32,000 nt of DNA from Candidatus Saccharimonadota bacterium. Its GTDB lineage: Bacteria; Patescibacteriota; Gracilibacteria; BD1-5; UBA2023. Within the stretch, counting starts at the first letter, position 1. Every line of letters starts with the position of its first letter. The position numbers were made by a program, and so were the translations under genes. The notes beneath the pieces are model-generated. The model saw nothing but the letters and a program-made list of their open reading frames with translations, was not told where the DNA came from and searched no databases. Below, piece after piece: positions 9,159 through 19,571 of this stretch. Location of the stretch: the NCBI GenBank assembly GCA_046350815.1, contig JAXLZO010000001.1, positions 1,110,001-1,142,000 on the forward strand. The letters are read 5' to 3'.

Positions 9159-9190
9159 GATAAAATCCCTTAATTGTGAGGGATTTTATC
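9159..9190. terminator. Bidirectional rho-independent terminator between the giant ORF (+) and the MFS gene (-)
   Basis: GATAAAATCCCT-TAATTGTG-AGGGATTTTATC. Confidence 0.7.
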
Positions 9191-10388
9191 TTGAACATTT
9201 TGATACAAATATCCATCTGCTTCCAAACATAAATATTCAAAGCAGTACAACAAATACACAAGTTGCAAAGAAAAAAGGAAGGCGAATAGAGTGAGCATAC
9301 ATCATTGCACCAAGAACTGGACCGAGTACATTTGCCGCCCCAGCAAGACTCATATTAATACCCATAATTCGCCCAGACTCATACTCACGACCTATAGTGA
9401 GAAGAGAGTTAATCGTTGGGTTAAGAGTTCACATAGCAATCGGCATGAGTATCATCCATATGTACACCATCCACTCTCTATTCATCAAGGAAAATCATAA
9501 AAATGATATAATGAATAGGAGAAAGGATATCGCAAGTAATGTTTGATGACTACAAAGAGATCGGAGATGTCGGGTAATAGCACCCTGATAAATAATAGAG
9601 GTTAAACCAACTCATGAGAACACCCACGCAATCTCATGAGCATTCATTCCAAATAAATCAGTGTAGTATTGAGAAGAGAGTGTTGTCATGATACTAAATG
9701 CAAAAACTACTCCAGCGGATAAAACAAAAAGGAGAAGAAGTCATTGATCATGGCGAATGAGTGAGGATTTTACAAAATTCTCTACTCTATGTTTGAGAGA
9801 TGGCTGGTGTGTCTCAGGAAGTATAAAATAAATAGAAAGAAGATTGAGAGATGCAGCAACCATCATAACTACCGGTATGCTGATGAGCCCAAATACAACA
9901 GAGAGAAGACCACCAATAAATGGACCTATGAGAAATGCGAACCCAAACGTTGCGCCCATCATACCGAAATATTTTGTTCGTTCTGCTTTTGGAGCAATAT
10001 CGCTAATCATTGCCTGTACCACTCAAAATCATGCTCAACTGACTCAAGCAACCAAGCGAGAAAGGAGAAAAAGTATGACAGCTATATGAAGTGGTACAAT
10101 ACCTAGAAGACTAAGGAGTAAGAGGATAGACCCAAGAGCATTTGCAAAACTCGTCAGAAATATCATTGGACGACGTCACACACGATCAGAAATTCACCCT
10201 ATCCAAAAAGCAACGAGAAATGTTGAGAGTGCATAGAGTGCTTGTGAATATCAAGCCCACTCGCCTGAGAGATGAAGAAATTTGAGGATATCAGGAAGAA
10301 CTGGAAGGAGTACACCAACACCTAAAAGATCGAGGAAAGCAGTAGAAAGAATAACAGGGAAACGATATCGAGTGATGAGATGATGCAT
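9186..10388 (-). CDS. MFS transporter (400 aa)
   Basis: MHHLITRYRFPVILSTAFLDLLGVGVLLPVLPDIL...WIGG(TGA)ISDRVG(TGA)RRPMIF...VVQAMISDIAPKAERTKYFGMMGATFGFAFLIGPFIGGLL... MFS motif A (GxxSDRxGRR) has its conserved Gly encoded by the TGA at 10176-10178. The protein is hydrophobic throughout. TAA stop at 9186. Confidence 0.85.
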
Positions 10389-10473
10389 AAAAAAATAATC
10401 TGAAAAGAAGATTGAAATTTTTGACCGATCACTATACTCAATTCCATCAATTTATCAAAATCTCAAACAAAAT

Positions 10474-10836
10474 ATGTTCGAAATACCTGTAGGGGAACTG
10501 CTCACAAGCTATGAAGGTGATACAAGATCACTTACATTTCATGATGATGTACCAGAGAATACATGGGATGGTCTTATTCTTAAAGATACACTTGAGCTAG
10601 ATATACAACTTACTCATATCAAGGGTGGTATTGAGGTGCATTTTACAAGATTTGAAACAGTTGCAGATATTGACGGTATCGAATATGAAATAGATATTCC
10701 ACCATTTGAGCGAGTATTTCTTGAGAGAGAAGATATGAACGATCCTGGTTCTCTTGATATTATTCATAGAAAAACTGGAATAATTAACCTCTCTCATGTT
10801 ATACGAGAGGAGATCATTATGGATGCTCATTATTAG
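10474..10836 (+). CDS. DUF177 (YceD-like) family protein, 120 aa (tentative)
   Basis: Intact ORF. Its acidic C-terminal half (...DIDGIEYEIDIPPFERVFLEREDMNDPGSLDIIHRKTGIINLSHVIREEIIMD) resembles the DUF177 pattern. It is shorter than typical family members. Confidence 0.45.
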   Translation: MFEIPVGELLTSYEGDTRSLTFHDDVPENTWDGLILKDTLELDIQLTHIKGGIEVHFTRFETVADIDGIEYEIDIPPFERVFLEREDMNDPGSLDIIHRKTGIINLSHVIREEIIMDAHY

Positions 10837-10985
10837 GTAGATTATTTACAATACTATGATAGATTTTATTATTATAACATGAATAGTACTCGTATCATTA
10901 CGAGTAATTTATTTAGCCCAGTCATGGATCTTGATGTGTCTATAAACAAAAATAAAAATATTTGTAAAAATCTCTCAACCGATCT

Positions 10986-11019
10986 AGCCACGGTCTAAAG
11001 CGCCGTGGCTTTTGTTTTG
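10986..11019 (+). terminator. Rho-independent terminator (it could instead be the subterminal hairpin of the adjacent IS200-like element)
   Basis: AGCCACGG-TCTAAAGCG-CCGTGGCT followed by TTTGTTTTG. Confidence 0.6.
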
Positions 11020-11021
11020 CT

Positions 11022-11462
11022 TTAAATTTCTATTTCTGTACCTTCGACATCTTCTTTTCATTGTTGTTCTACATATTTTTTGATGATATCTCCATCTACT
11101 ACTCAGACTGTTGCACAAAAGTATCACACTGCCCAGAGAGATTTCTTTTCTCACCAATAGAAGTTTTTTAGATGAGACTTAAATATTGTATCGGTCCATA
11201 TATGGTGTGAGCTTCTTCATTTAAACATTTGGACTACAAATGGAATTGGATGTACAAGAGGAATACTCAGATATACATGTATATGATCTTCTTCCATACC
11301 AATAGCAATGGGTGTGATGTAGAGTTCTTTGCAGATTCATTCTATGATTCGTTGTACTGATTCTTGAATTGGTTTCGTAAGACATTTTCTTCTATATTTC
11401 GTAATCCATACTATGTGATACCTGCAGTCATAGACAGCATGTGATGCTTTTCGGTACACCAT
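11022..11462 (-). CDS. tnpA: IS200/IS605-family Y1 (HUH) transposase TnpA, 146 aa, with 6 in-frame TGA=Gly codons
   Basis: It is absent from the ORF track because TGAs cut it into pieces shorter than 60 aa. The table-25 translation is MVYRKASHAVYDCRYHIVWITKYRRKCLTKPIQESVQRIIEGICKELYITPIAIGMEEDHIHVYLSIPLVHPIPFVVQMFKGRSSHHIWTDTIFKSHLKNFYWGEKKSLWAVGYFCATVGVVDGDIIKKYVEQQGKEDVEGTEIEI. It shows the HUH motif (HIHVY), KG.SS, LW..GYF..TVG and the catalytic-Tyr region (KKYVEQQ). Element ends could not be defined. Confidence 0.9.
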
Positions 11463-11543
11463 GTTGATTTATATTGAGTCATGTATACACTTGACACTCT
11501 AGTTACAATCGGCTTGAAAGCAAACGGGGTTTTGGACCCAAGG

Positions 11544-11693
11544 ATGGAAATAAAAATCAGCATAGTTATATTAATGGGTTTAGCTGTTATTACATTTAAC
11601 AGAGGATTTGGTCAAGAATGGTGACCATTATTTACTATGATGTGAGCTGGAGTTATAGCTTTTGTATGGTTCATTAATGCGATATTGCATTAA
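11544..11693 (+). CDS. Possible small membrane protein (49 aa)
   Basis: MEIKISIVILMGLAVITFNRGFGQEWG(TGA)PLFTMMG(TGA)AGVIAFVWFINAILH has two hydrophobic segments and is followed by a strong terminator. There is no homology support. Confidence 0.3.
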
Positions 11694-11722
11694 TTTCAAG
11701 GAAAATTCAAAAAATCTTCAAC

Positions 11723-11754
11723 AAAAAAATTAGGCAATATTGCCTAATTTTTTT
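11723..11754. terminator. Bidirectional terminator (perfect palindrome)
   Basis: AAAAAAATTAGGCAAT/ATTGCCTAATTTTTTT lies between the small ORF (+) and ychF (-). Confidence 0.65.
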
Positions 11755-12868
11755 ATGCACCAAACTTAAACAACATTACATCACCATCCTGTACAATATA
11801 CTCCTTCCCTTCCATTCGAGCTTTTCCTTTCTCCCGAGCTCCTGACCATCCGCCAAATTCAACAAGATCTCTCCAATTCACTGTCTCAGCTTTGATAAAC
11901 TTTTTCTGAAAGTCAGTATGGATAACTCCAGCAGCCTGAGGTGCACTCCATCATTTCTCAATAGTCCAAGCTCGCACCTCTATTTCTCCAGCAGTAAAGT
12001 AGTACTGTAGCCCCAAAAGATCATAACACGTCTTAATGATAATATCCATAGGATTGTGTTCAATACCGAGATCCTTAAGGAACTCAGACCTTTCTTCTTC
12101 GCTAAACTCAAGCATATCCATTTCAAGTTTTGCACTCACCGGAAGAACTGGAATATGTTCATCAGTGATATGAGTGATATCTCGGAGAGTCTTTTGAGAT
12201 CCAACATCAAGACCTCATTGCCCCTGAAGAAGCAATGATTCTTCTTCCACATTGACCGCATATACAAAAGGCTTGTTCGTAAGCAAATGAAGATCAAGGA
12301 GAGCTTCCTGTTCATCGCGGCTCATATCCATACTGGATGCAATCTTACCTGTCTCAAGATGTGTTTTGAGACGGGCATATATATCCTCTCGAGCTTTTGC
12401 TTCTTTATCACCTGAACGAACTTTCTTCATATTATCACCAATTCGTCGCTCAAGTGTTTCAAGATCAGCAATGATAAGCTCGGTGTTAATAATTTCTATA
12501 TCTCGTTTTGGATCGATAGAACCATTTACATGATGTACATTTTTATCACCAAAAGCACGAACAACCTGAAGTACCGCATCAACACCACGAATATGAGAAA
12601 GGAATTTATTACCTAACCCCTCTCCCCTACTTGCGCCCTCGACCAATCATGCAATATCCACAAACTCAACCGTAGCTGGAATAATCTTTGCTCCATTCAC
12701 GGTAGCACGAATTTTTTCAAGTCGCTCATCAGCAACATTGACAATGCCAACATTTGGTTCAATCGTACAAAAAGGGAAATTAGCAGCCTCTGCAGCATAT
12801 GATTTTGTGAGAGCATTAAATAAAGTAGATTTACCAACATTTGGAAGACCAACAATACCGATTTTCAT
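11753..12868 (-). CDS. ychF: Ribosome-binding ATPase YchF (371 aa)
   Basis: [21 protein letters not shown]...[10 protein letters not shown](TGA 12647-12649)[32 protein letters not shown]...[17 protein letters not shown](TGA)[22 protein letters not shown]...[18 protein letters not shown]. Three track fragments join in one frame. Confidence 0.95.
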
Positions 12869-12879
12869 AGAAAAATATT

Positions 12880-13134
12880 TTAATAAATGAGTTCTGCGGA
12901 ATAATCCGAAACACTTTGTACCGAATTTGATCGCCAATCACCATCAAATCGAAATGCAAGAATAATAAGCAGAAGGAGTAAGCCGAGGATCGTACCAACC
13001 CAAAGAATGAGCATCTTACGAAAAAAAAGATTCGATCGTATTTCAGGAAGCACTCGAGCAAGAAAAATGGCAAGAATAACTATGACAAATACACAAAATA
13101 TCAGTGCAATGAGTATAGGAACAATATATCACAT
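12880..13134 (-). CDS. Possible small two-TM membrane protein (84 aa)
   Basis: MG(TGA)[82 protein letters not shown] lies between murF and ychF. This frame is preferred over the overlapping track ORF 12831..13073 because of its clean TM and positive-inside pattern. There is no homology support. Confidence 0.35.
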
Positions 13135-13146
13135 AGAAGACGAACG

Positions 13147-14562
13147 TTATGAAAGATCCGATTCACCAAAGGTAAGCTCACTACACACGATATCAAAAAA
13201 ATCTTGTTTTTTCTTTTTCCAACGAGCATTCTGACGTGGAAGATACTGTTCATCAGAAGGATCAAAAAGAAATTCTTTAATTCCCTCTTCAAGAAAAATA
13301 GTATTCTGTGATCATTTGACATAAATAACAGCCTTTGATTCATCATTATTTTTCATTCGCAAAAGCTGTGCTATTTTTCTACCTGCATTGATACTATTGA
13401 GAAAACTCTCAACAATAATTTGAGAATCTCCACTGAACGCTTCCGTCAAACGAGGATATACCAACTCTCGCATCAGAGGGCCAACAAGATAGACAGCATC
13501 TGGATGGGACTCTTTGATGCGATCAGCAAGTTTTATATGCATCTCTTCTGCTTCATTCCCTAGTTCTCGCATATCTCAGAGAAGAAGAATTCGATAATAT
13601 TTTTCTGGAAGTCGAATCATATCTTCCAGTCATGCGACAATTGATACATATCAACCATTATAGCTTCCATCAATGATTTTAGATCAGGAGAGTCCATCAA
13701 GTAACACTCAACGACCCCGATTCGGATGCACATTCTTGAGGAGCTCTGGAATATCTGAGAGTGGCATGGAAAGTCTGCGAGCAATAGCAACGACTGGACA
13801 AGTATTGAATGCTTGATATTTTCCAACCAATGGAATATCAAAATGGATAACTTCACTCTTGTAAGTAATATCAAAAGAAATTCCTTCAAGTGAACTCTTG
13901 ATATCTCCAACAACAATGTCAGTACCTTCTTTTGGGGTACCATAAGATATAGACGGAATATTCTTCATAGCAAGTGCTTCTTGTACAAGACTGGTAACTA
14001 TCTCGTCATCATGAGAATACACAATAGAGCGTGACCGGGAAATGATTTTTGCCTTCTCATGCGCATATAAATCAAAACTCCCAAAATTAACAATATGATT
14101 CTTAGAAATATTGAGAAGCACAGCTACATCTGGCTCAACAATGGATAATAAAAAGTCCATCTCACCTATCCGATCAATACCATATTCCAGCACCAGATAT
14201 TTTGGATACGATTTTGAAAAAAAAGCCATCCAAAAAGCTCCCAATAAAAGAAGCATCCAACGGAATGGATTGACTCATGGACCCTCAGACTGAAGAATCG
14301 AGAGAGATAGCCCCCATTCACCATTATAGTTATGTGGAGACATATACACATGTTCATGATAGACCTGAGAGAGGAATTCATAGACAAAATGTGTTGTTGT
14401 TGTCTTGCCAACGGTACCAGTGACACCGATAACATAAGGCTTATGGCGAGTAATCACGCGATGTGCAGCCCAAGCAAGATAATTACGAACGATGTTTTTT
14501 GGTTGCCGAAAATACGAACCAAAACCATCAACATCACCTGACTGAGTAACAAAAGAAGACAT
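13147..14562 (-). CDS. murF: UDP-N-acetylmuramoyl-tripeptide--D-alanyl-D-alanine ligase (MurF-type Mur ligase), 471 aa
   Basis: ...KPYVIGVTGTVGKTTTTHFVYEFL...HNYNGEWGLSLSIL...LVLEYGIDRIGEMDFLLSIVEPDVAVLLNISKNHI...HPNRGRG(TGA)VLLDG..IIDGSYNGG(TGA)...ILLLG(TGA)DMRELGNEAEEMH...AVIYVKG(TGA)SQNTIFLEEG. It has the P-loop, DxSYN, GDMxELG and KGS motifs. Confidence 0.8.
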
Positions 14563-14631
14563 AGAAAATTTTACTAAAAGTATAGTGACAATCCAATGAA
14601 GGGCAAGGAATTTGTTTGATAGCGGATCACA

Positions 14632-16026
14632 TTATTTTGTAATACGTGAATATCGCGTCATATGTGATCGAAAAAGGGATTGTCCAGAGATATTGGACAA
14701 AGATCATGAGTCTATTATTTGTGATAATGTTGTGAATATATATCCATCAGATTGGTATTTTGTAATATATGCATCAAGCATTTTTATAGCACCTGGATGA
14801 ATATCATGAAAGAGAACAATATCACCAGAACGAGCAACCGAAGCACGATTCATAATCGATTTTGGACGTTGATCTTTCCAGTCAAGCGTATCTACAGACC
14901 AAAGAGCAAAAGGTGTATTGAGCTCTCGCTCCATATCAAGAGATATTGCACCATAGGGAGGTCGCACGAATGATAGAGTCATACTCATACCAAGTATATC
15001 ATTGATGATTTTCTCATTACGAACAATTTCATCCTGTACCTGCATAATACCAATCGAAGTAAAACTCGAATGTGTTACGGAATGATTACAAATTTCATGT
15101 CACCCTTCATAGATACGTCGAACCAATTCAGGATATTTGATAGCCTGAGATCAAAGTACACAAAAAGTTGCTTTGACGTGATGAGATTTCAAAATATCAA
15201 GAAGGATTGGTGTATATTCCTTACTTGGACCATCATCGAAGGTAATAGACAAAGTTTTTTCAGGTACATCAGGACGAACAAAGGAATTCTCAATTTTATA
15301 GCGTCTTGTGAGATTTGATGGAAGTACAATATGCCACGCATCTTTTGATCAAACAAAGCGAATTTCTTGCCAATCTGAAGGCCATGATACTACTGGAGGT
15401 TTTCGGAAAAAAAGAATTCTCTCATGATCACTTGTTGCTATTACTCGTCCTTGAGCATTCATTTGTCTTATTTTTTCTTCAAGTGTAGCGACAATATTTT
15501 TTCCAAAATACGGTGATAGATCATAAGTAAGATCATGACTATTGATATGAAAATCATGATCATTTTCCAGAAGATAACCTCCAGTATCAAACGCGAGATC
15601 AAGATTGAATGCTGATGTAACTCATCAGGAAAAAGTAAGTATGAGCGAGCCACTTGAATATCACCATCCATCATCCCGAAAAACTGGGCGATCTATCTCT
15701 CATACACAATCTTGCAGGGGTACATTTTCCGATTCATTCTTCAAAATAGCCTTAAACAAATGTTCACCTGAGCTTATGTGAGATGATCATGATAAAAAAA
15801 TCGGATAGGTAATATCACAAGGGGTATCTTTTAGAATGCCCAATGTCTTCGTATGAACCATTTCCCAATGAGCTTCATTACGATTTGAAAATTGAGAGTC
15901 AAATTCCTGAGCAAAAAAATGAAGTAATATATCTTTTAAAGAAATCCATCCAAAAGTAGTGATAAAGAAAATACCAATCAAAACGATTGATATTTGGGGC
16001 GTATTACGAAGAAGCTTCATACTCAT
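14632..16026 (-). CDS. Polysaccharide deacetylase (CE4/NodB domain) with an N-terminal membrane anchor, 464 aa
   Basis: The N-terminus [30 protein letters not shown] is a TM segment. The C-terminal NodB domain reads [34 protein letters not shown](TGA)[17 protein letters not shown](TGA)[10 protein letters not shown]...[10 protein letters not shown]...[10 protein letters not shown]...[10 protein letters not shown]. Track fragments 15787..16026 and 14704..15045 are in one frame, and the gap was walked without TAA or TAG. Confidence 0.85.
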
Positions 16027-16040
16027 GAAGGGGGAGTATA

Positions 16041-19000
16041 TTAACGAACATGATAGATAACATCTCTTCGAAGTGATCCAGCCTCAATCGTCACAATGTG
16101 ATCACCTGGTGTAAGACCATAAAAATTCGTCTGATATTTCTCTTGATTGGTCTGAAAACTACGAGCATCAACACCCCCATCAACTGATACTTTGATCGTA
16201 TCAGCAGCTGTTCCTATAACCTCAAAACTCACAACTGCGGGTTGTCATGATTTGATGGTCGCCTCTCAAAGAAGTGGTGAGAGAATCTTAATTCCAGAAG
16301 ATCAATTCGAAGTACTCTCTGAAGAAGTTGATCCAGTGCTTGCAGGGATAGGAGCAATTTCTCAACCACGCGAAATAGTAATATTTGATTCGAGAGAGCT
16401 CGCATAACCAAATCGATCATAGAGAACCGCTCGAAGAGTATGTTGCCCTTTATTATCATTATCAAAAGATGGAGTGAGCGTGATAGATCATTTTGATTGA
16501 TTACCTAATTCTTTCTTAATATCATATGATGTAATCAAATTATCATCAAGGAACAATGCAATACTATAAGCAAATGCTTGTGCCTCATAATTCAAAACAA
16601 TTGGATATCTCCCAAAACCAATAGAACCTGAAGGGAGATCGCCAGAAAGTTTGAGAAGCTGGGCTCATTCGCTCGGGCGCGTACATGGAGTATCTTTATA
16701 GTCCGTGAGGATTTTCACTCATTTCTCGAGTCAATCGTCAACAACGATTCACTTTTTCCATGCCGCTTGGAAAGACTCAATAATCGGCTCAACAGCAAGG
16801 ATCATACCCTTACGACGTGATCATTCAGGTGTTGCATCCGTCGCAAGACCATTACAGAGCGTATCATATTCTACGATCTGATTTCCAGCATCCGCCTGCT
16901 GTGGTTTAACAGCAAAAAGCGCATTGATAGTGAGGGATTTTGGTGTATTTTCGCTCGCAATTTTTCCTGATATTTTTGATATTGCGACATCATAGATACC
17001 TTCTTTTGGTCGCTCAAAATTCTTTACTGGCAACTTCTCATGAGCATAGTTCATATAATCTCGCCAAATAAATCAAGTACATTGAGATCAAATACATGAG
17101 GGAGATGTTTCTTTTCAATCTAAATTACCAATCCAAACTGCTGTTGTAATTTGTGGTGTGTAACCAATATTCCATATATCTCGTGGAGCTATTCATCACT
17201 TAGCTAATTTTTTATCAGCCGTTCATGTTTTTGCTGCTGCCGGACGTCATTTAAGGGTTAATGGTAGACCCCATCCAGCTGGACGAGCTTCATTATCAGA
17301 TAATATTACGGATAATAAATATGATGCCGCTGGACTAAAAGCAAGAATTGGCTTTTTAGAATTATCCTGACTGCTTTCATATATTATATTGTATCCACCA
17401 CCGAGAGTATCATCTATCTTTTTTTCTATTTTATTAATAGGATTTATTGGTTTATACCATCATTCATTAGCAAACACTGAATATGCCTGAACCATCTCAA
17501 TAGGCTTAATATCCTTTGCTCACAATGATATAGTGGAGTCAGGTTTTACACCAATGTTCAAAGAATCAATACCGATACTTTGAACAAATTTTTTAATCGG
17601 ATCAACTCATCAAGCATAAAGAAAAATCTTTACTGCTGGAATATTTCGAGAATGATCCAATGCTGTTCGAAGTGACATTCTTCCTTCAAATTTACCATCC
17701 CAATTATTAGGTGACCAATCACCAAATTTTGTATCCACATCATAAATCGGTGTATCGGGAGAGACTGGAAATTTAGACATAGCATATGCATAACTAAATG
17801 GCTTGAATGTTGAACCTGGAGCTCGACGAGATGTGATAACATTCACTTGACCATTTCATTCTGTATCCCAATAATCATGGCTTCCAACCATAGCAAGGAT
17901 TCCTCCATTCGAATTATCCACCGATACAAGTGCTGCTGAATTAGCACTTCGAGACTTATTTTTCTCAACCTGTGCTTTTACAAGTGATTCTGCTTTTGCT
18001 TGCAAATCAGGATCGAGTGTTGTATAGATTTTTACTCATGATTCAATATCAAAATCTTTTCCAAAATTCGACTCAAGATATTCTTTCACATAAAAGATAA
18101 AATGTGGAGCTCGAATGCTTTCCTTTCAACGAATGAACTGATAATCGAATCATGCAACAACTGCATCACGAGCTTGCTCAAAGGTAATCTTCTGGTCTTC
18201 GTACATTCGAGCAATGACAGAATCCTTGCGACCGGGATAATATTCCAGAAAATATTTACCTGATGGGTTTTCTCAACCACCTTCGTAGTGTGCATCAAGG
18301 CGGATCTTCGTCAAAAAATCGAAAAACTTGGATCGTGCAATGGTCATACATCCATTATCAATCGATGCTATTGAAGTATCAACAAAATCTTTTTCACTAA
18401 GATTACAGAGCGTCACATCTATACTATTTTCATTTTGAACATTGATCTCATTCAAGAATTTCTTCATAAGAAGAAGGTCATCTTGAAAAGTTTTCATACG
18501 ATCAGCAGAATTAATTTTTCCTTCTGGAAAATCACTTGATGCTGTTACTGATGAGACGCTCGTAGAAGGATAGAGAAAGGGATAACCTATAACGCGATCA
18601 CGATTGGAAAAAGGTGAATAGAGAGTCGGACCCTTTGGAAGAGATGCGAGTATAGATGCTCCAAATACGCCAACATCCTTTGCGCTCTTACCAAAATATG
18701 TTTTTGAAGCTTCTTCGATACCATAAGCGTTGTGACCAAAAGAAATTTTATTGAGGTAGAGCTCAAGAATTTGATCCTTGGAATAACTTTGATTCAATTC
18801 ATACGAAAGCCACGCCTCTCGGATTTTTCGAGAAAGAGTTTTCTCAGGTGTGAGTAACATATTTTTGATAAGTTGCTGTGAGATGGTCGATGCCCCACCA
18901 GTTATGAGATGGAGTCCAAAGAGACGATTACCAATAGCATTCACAGAAACACGAGCAAGACCAAAAAAATCAATTCCTTTATTTTCATAAAATGTCTTGT

Positions 19001-19556
19001 CCTCAATGGCTACAATAGCATCCTTAATGGGTTGAGAGATGGCTGCAACAGGAATATATGTACGCTTTTCATCTCAAAATCTATAGAGCTCTCCCCCATT
19101 TTTATCATAGATAACCGAAGCTTCGGCAAGTGATTTTGATTCAATAGTTTTGATGTCAGGCAGTGGTGCAATAATGAGCGCATAAATACCAAGAACCGTA
19201 ATCATTCACACCAATACCAAAGCAAGAAAGATTCAAAGAATATATTTTCGAAAAGGTGGCTTTTGACGTGGTCGTTTTGGTGATCCATTTGATCATGGGA
19301 AAGAGCGATCATTATTCCCAGATACAAATTTTGATGCATCACTCTGGTGACTATCAGATTTATACACAACGTGTTTTCTTTTTAGTCACCTTAATCGACC
19401 GATATGCCCCCTTCAATGTTTGACCGTTCCATGAAAAAGAGTTCTCATAGAACGCAAAATACTATCAGCTGCCTGATAGCTCCAACTCGAATTGAGAGAA
19501 GATGCACGTCTTGATCGACGATCAGACGAGTATTTATCTTGTTGTGATGACTGCAT
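16041..19556 (-). CDS. Class A penicillin-binding protein (bifunctional GT51 transglycosylase / transpeptidase), 1171 aa
   Basis: GT51 motifs are IEDKTFYENKGIDF, GGASTISQQLIKN and RKIREAWL. Transpeptidase motifs are STFK, SRN and KTG(TGA 17223-17225)T. Four track fragments (18273.., 17610.., 16821.., 16041..) share one frame, and all gaps were checked for TAA/TAG. It has a long basic N-terminal tail before the TM (GIFLALVLVGMITVLGIYALII) and a C-terminal extension of about 330 aa. Confidence 0.95.
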
Positions 19557-19571
19557 AGCAATATTTGAAAA

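Noticed and set aside
10880-10999. A 39-codon ORF (MNSTRIITSNLFSPVMDLDVSINKNKNICKNLSTDLATV) and an 8-bp hairpin (TACTCGTA-TCAT-TACGAGTA, about 10898-10917) downstream of the DUF177-like gene. I also looked for rpmF, which often follows yceD.
   Set aside because: The peptide is not L32-like and has no RBS or promoter support. Its 3' end is just the terminator stem. It is too weak to call.
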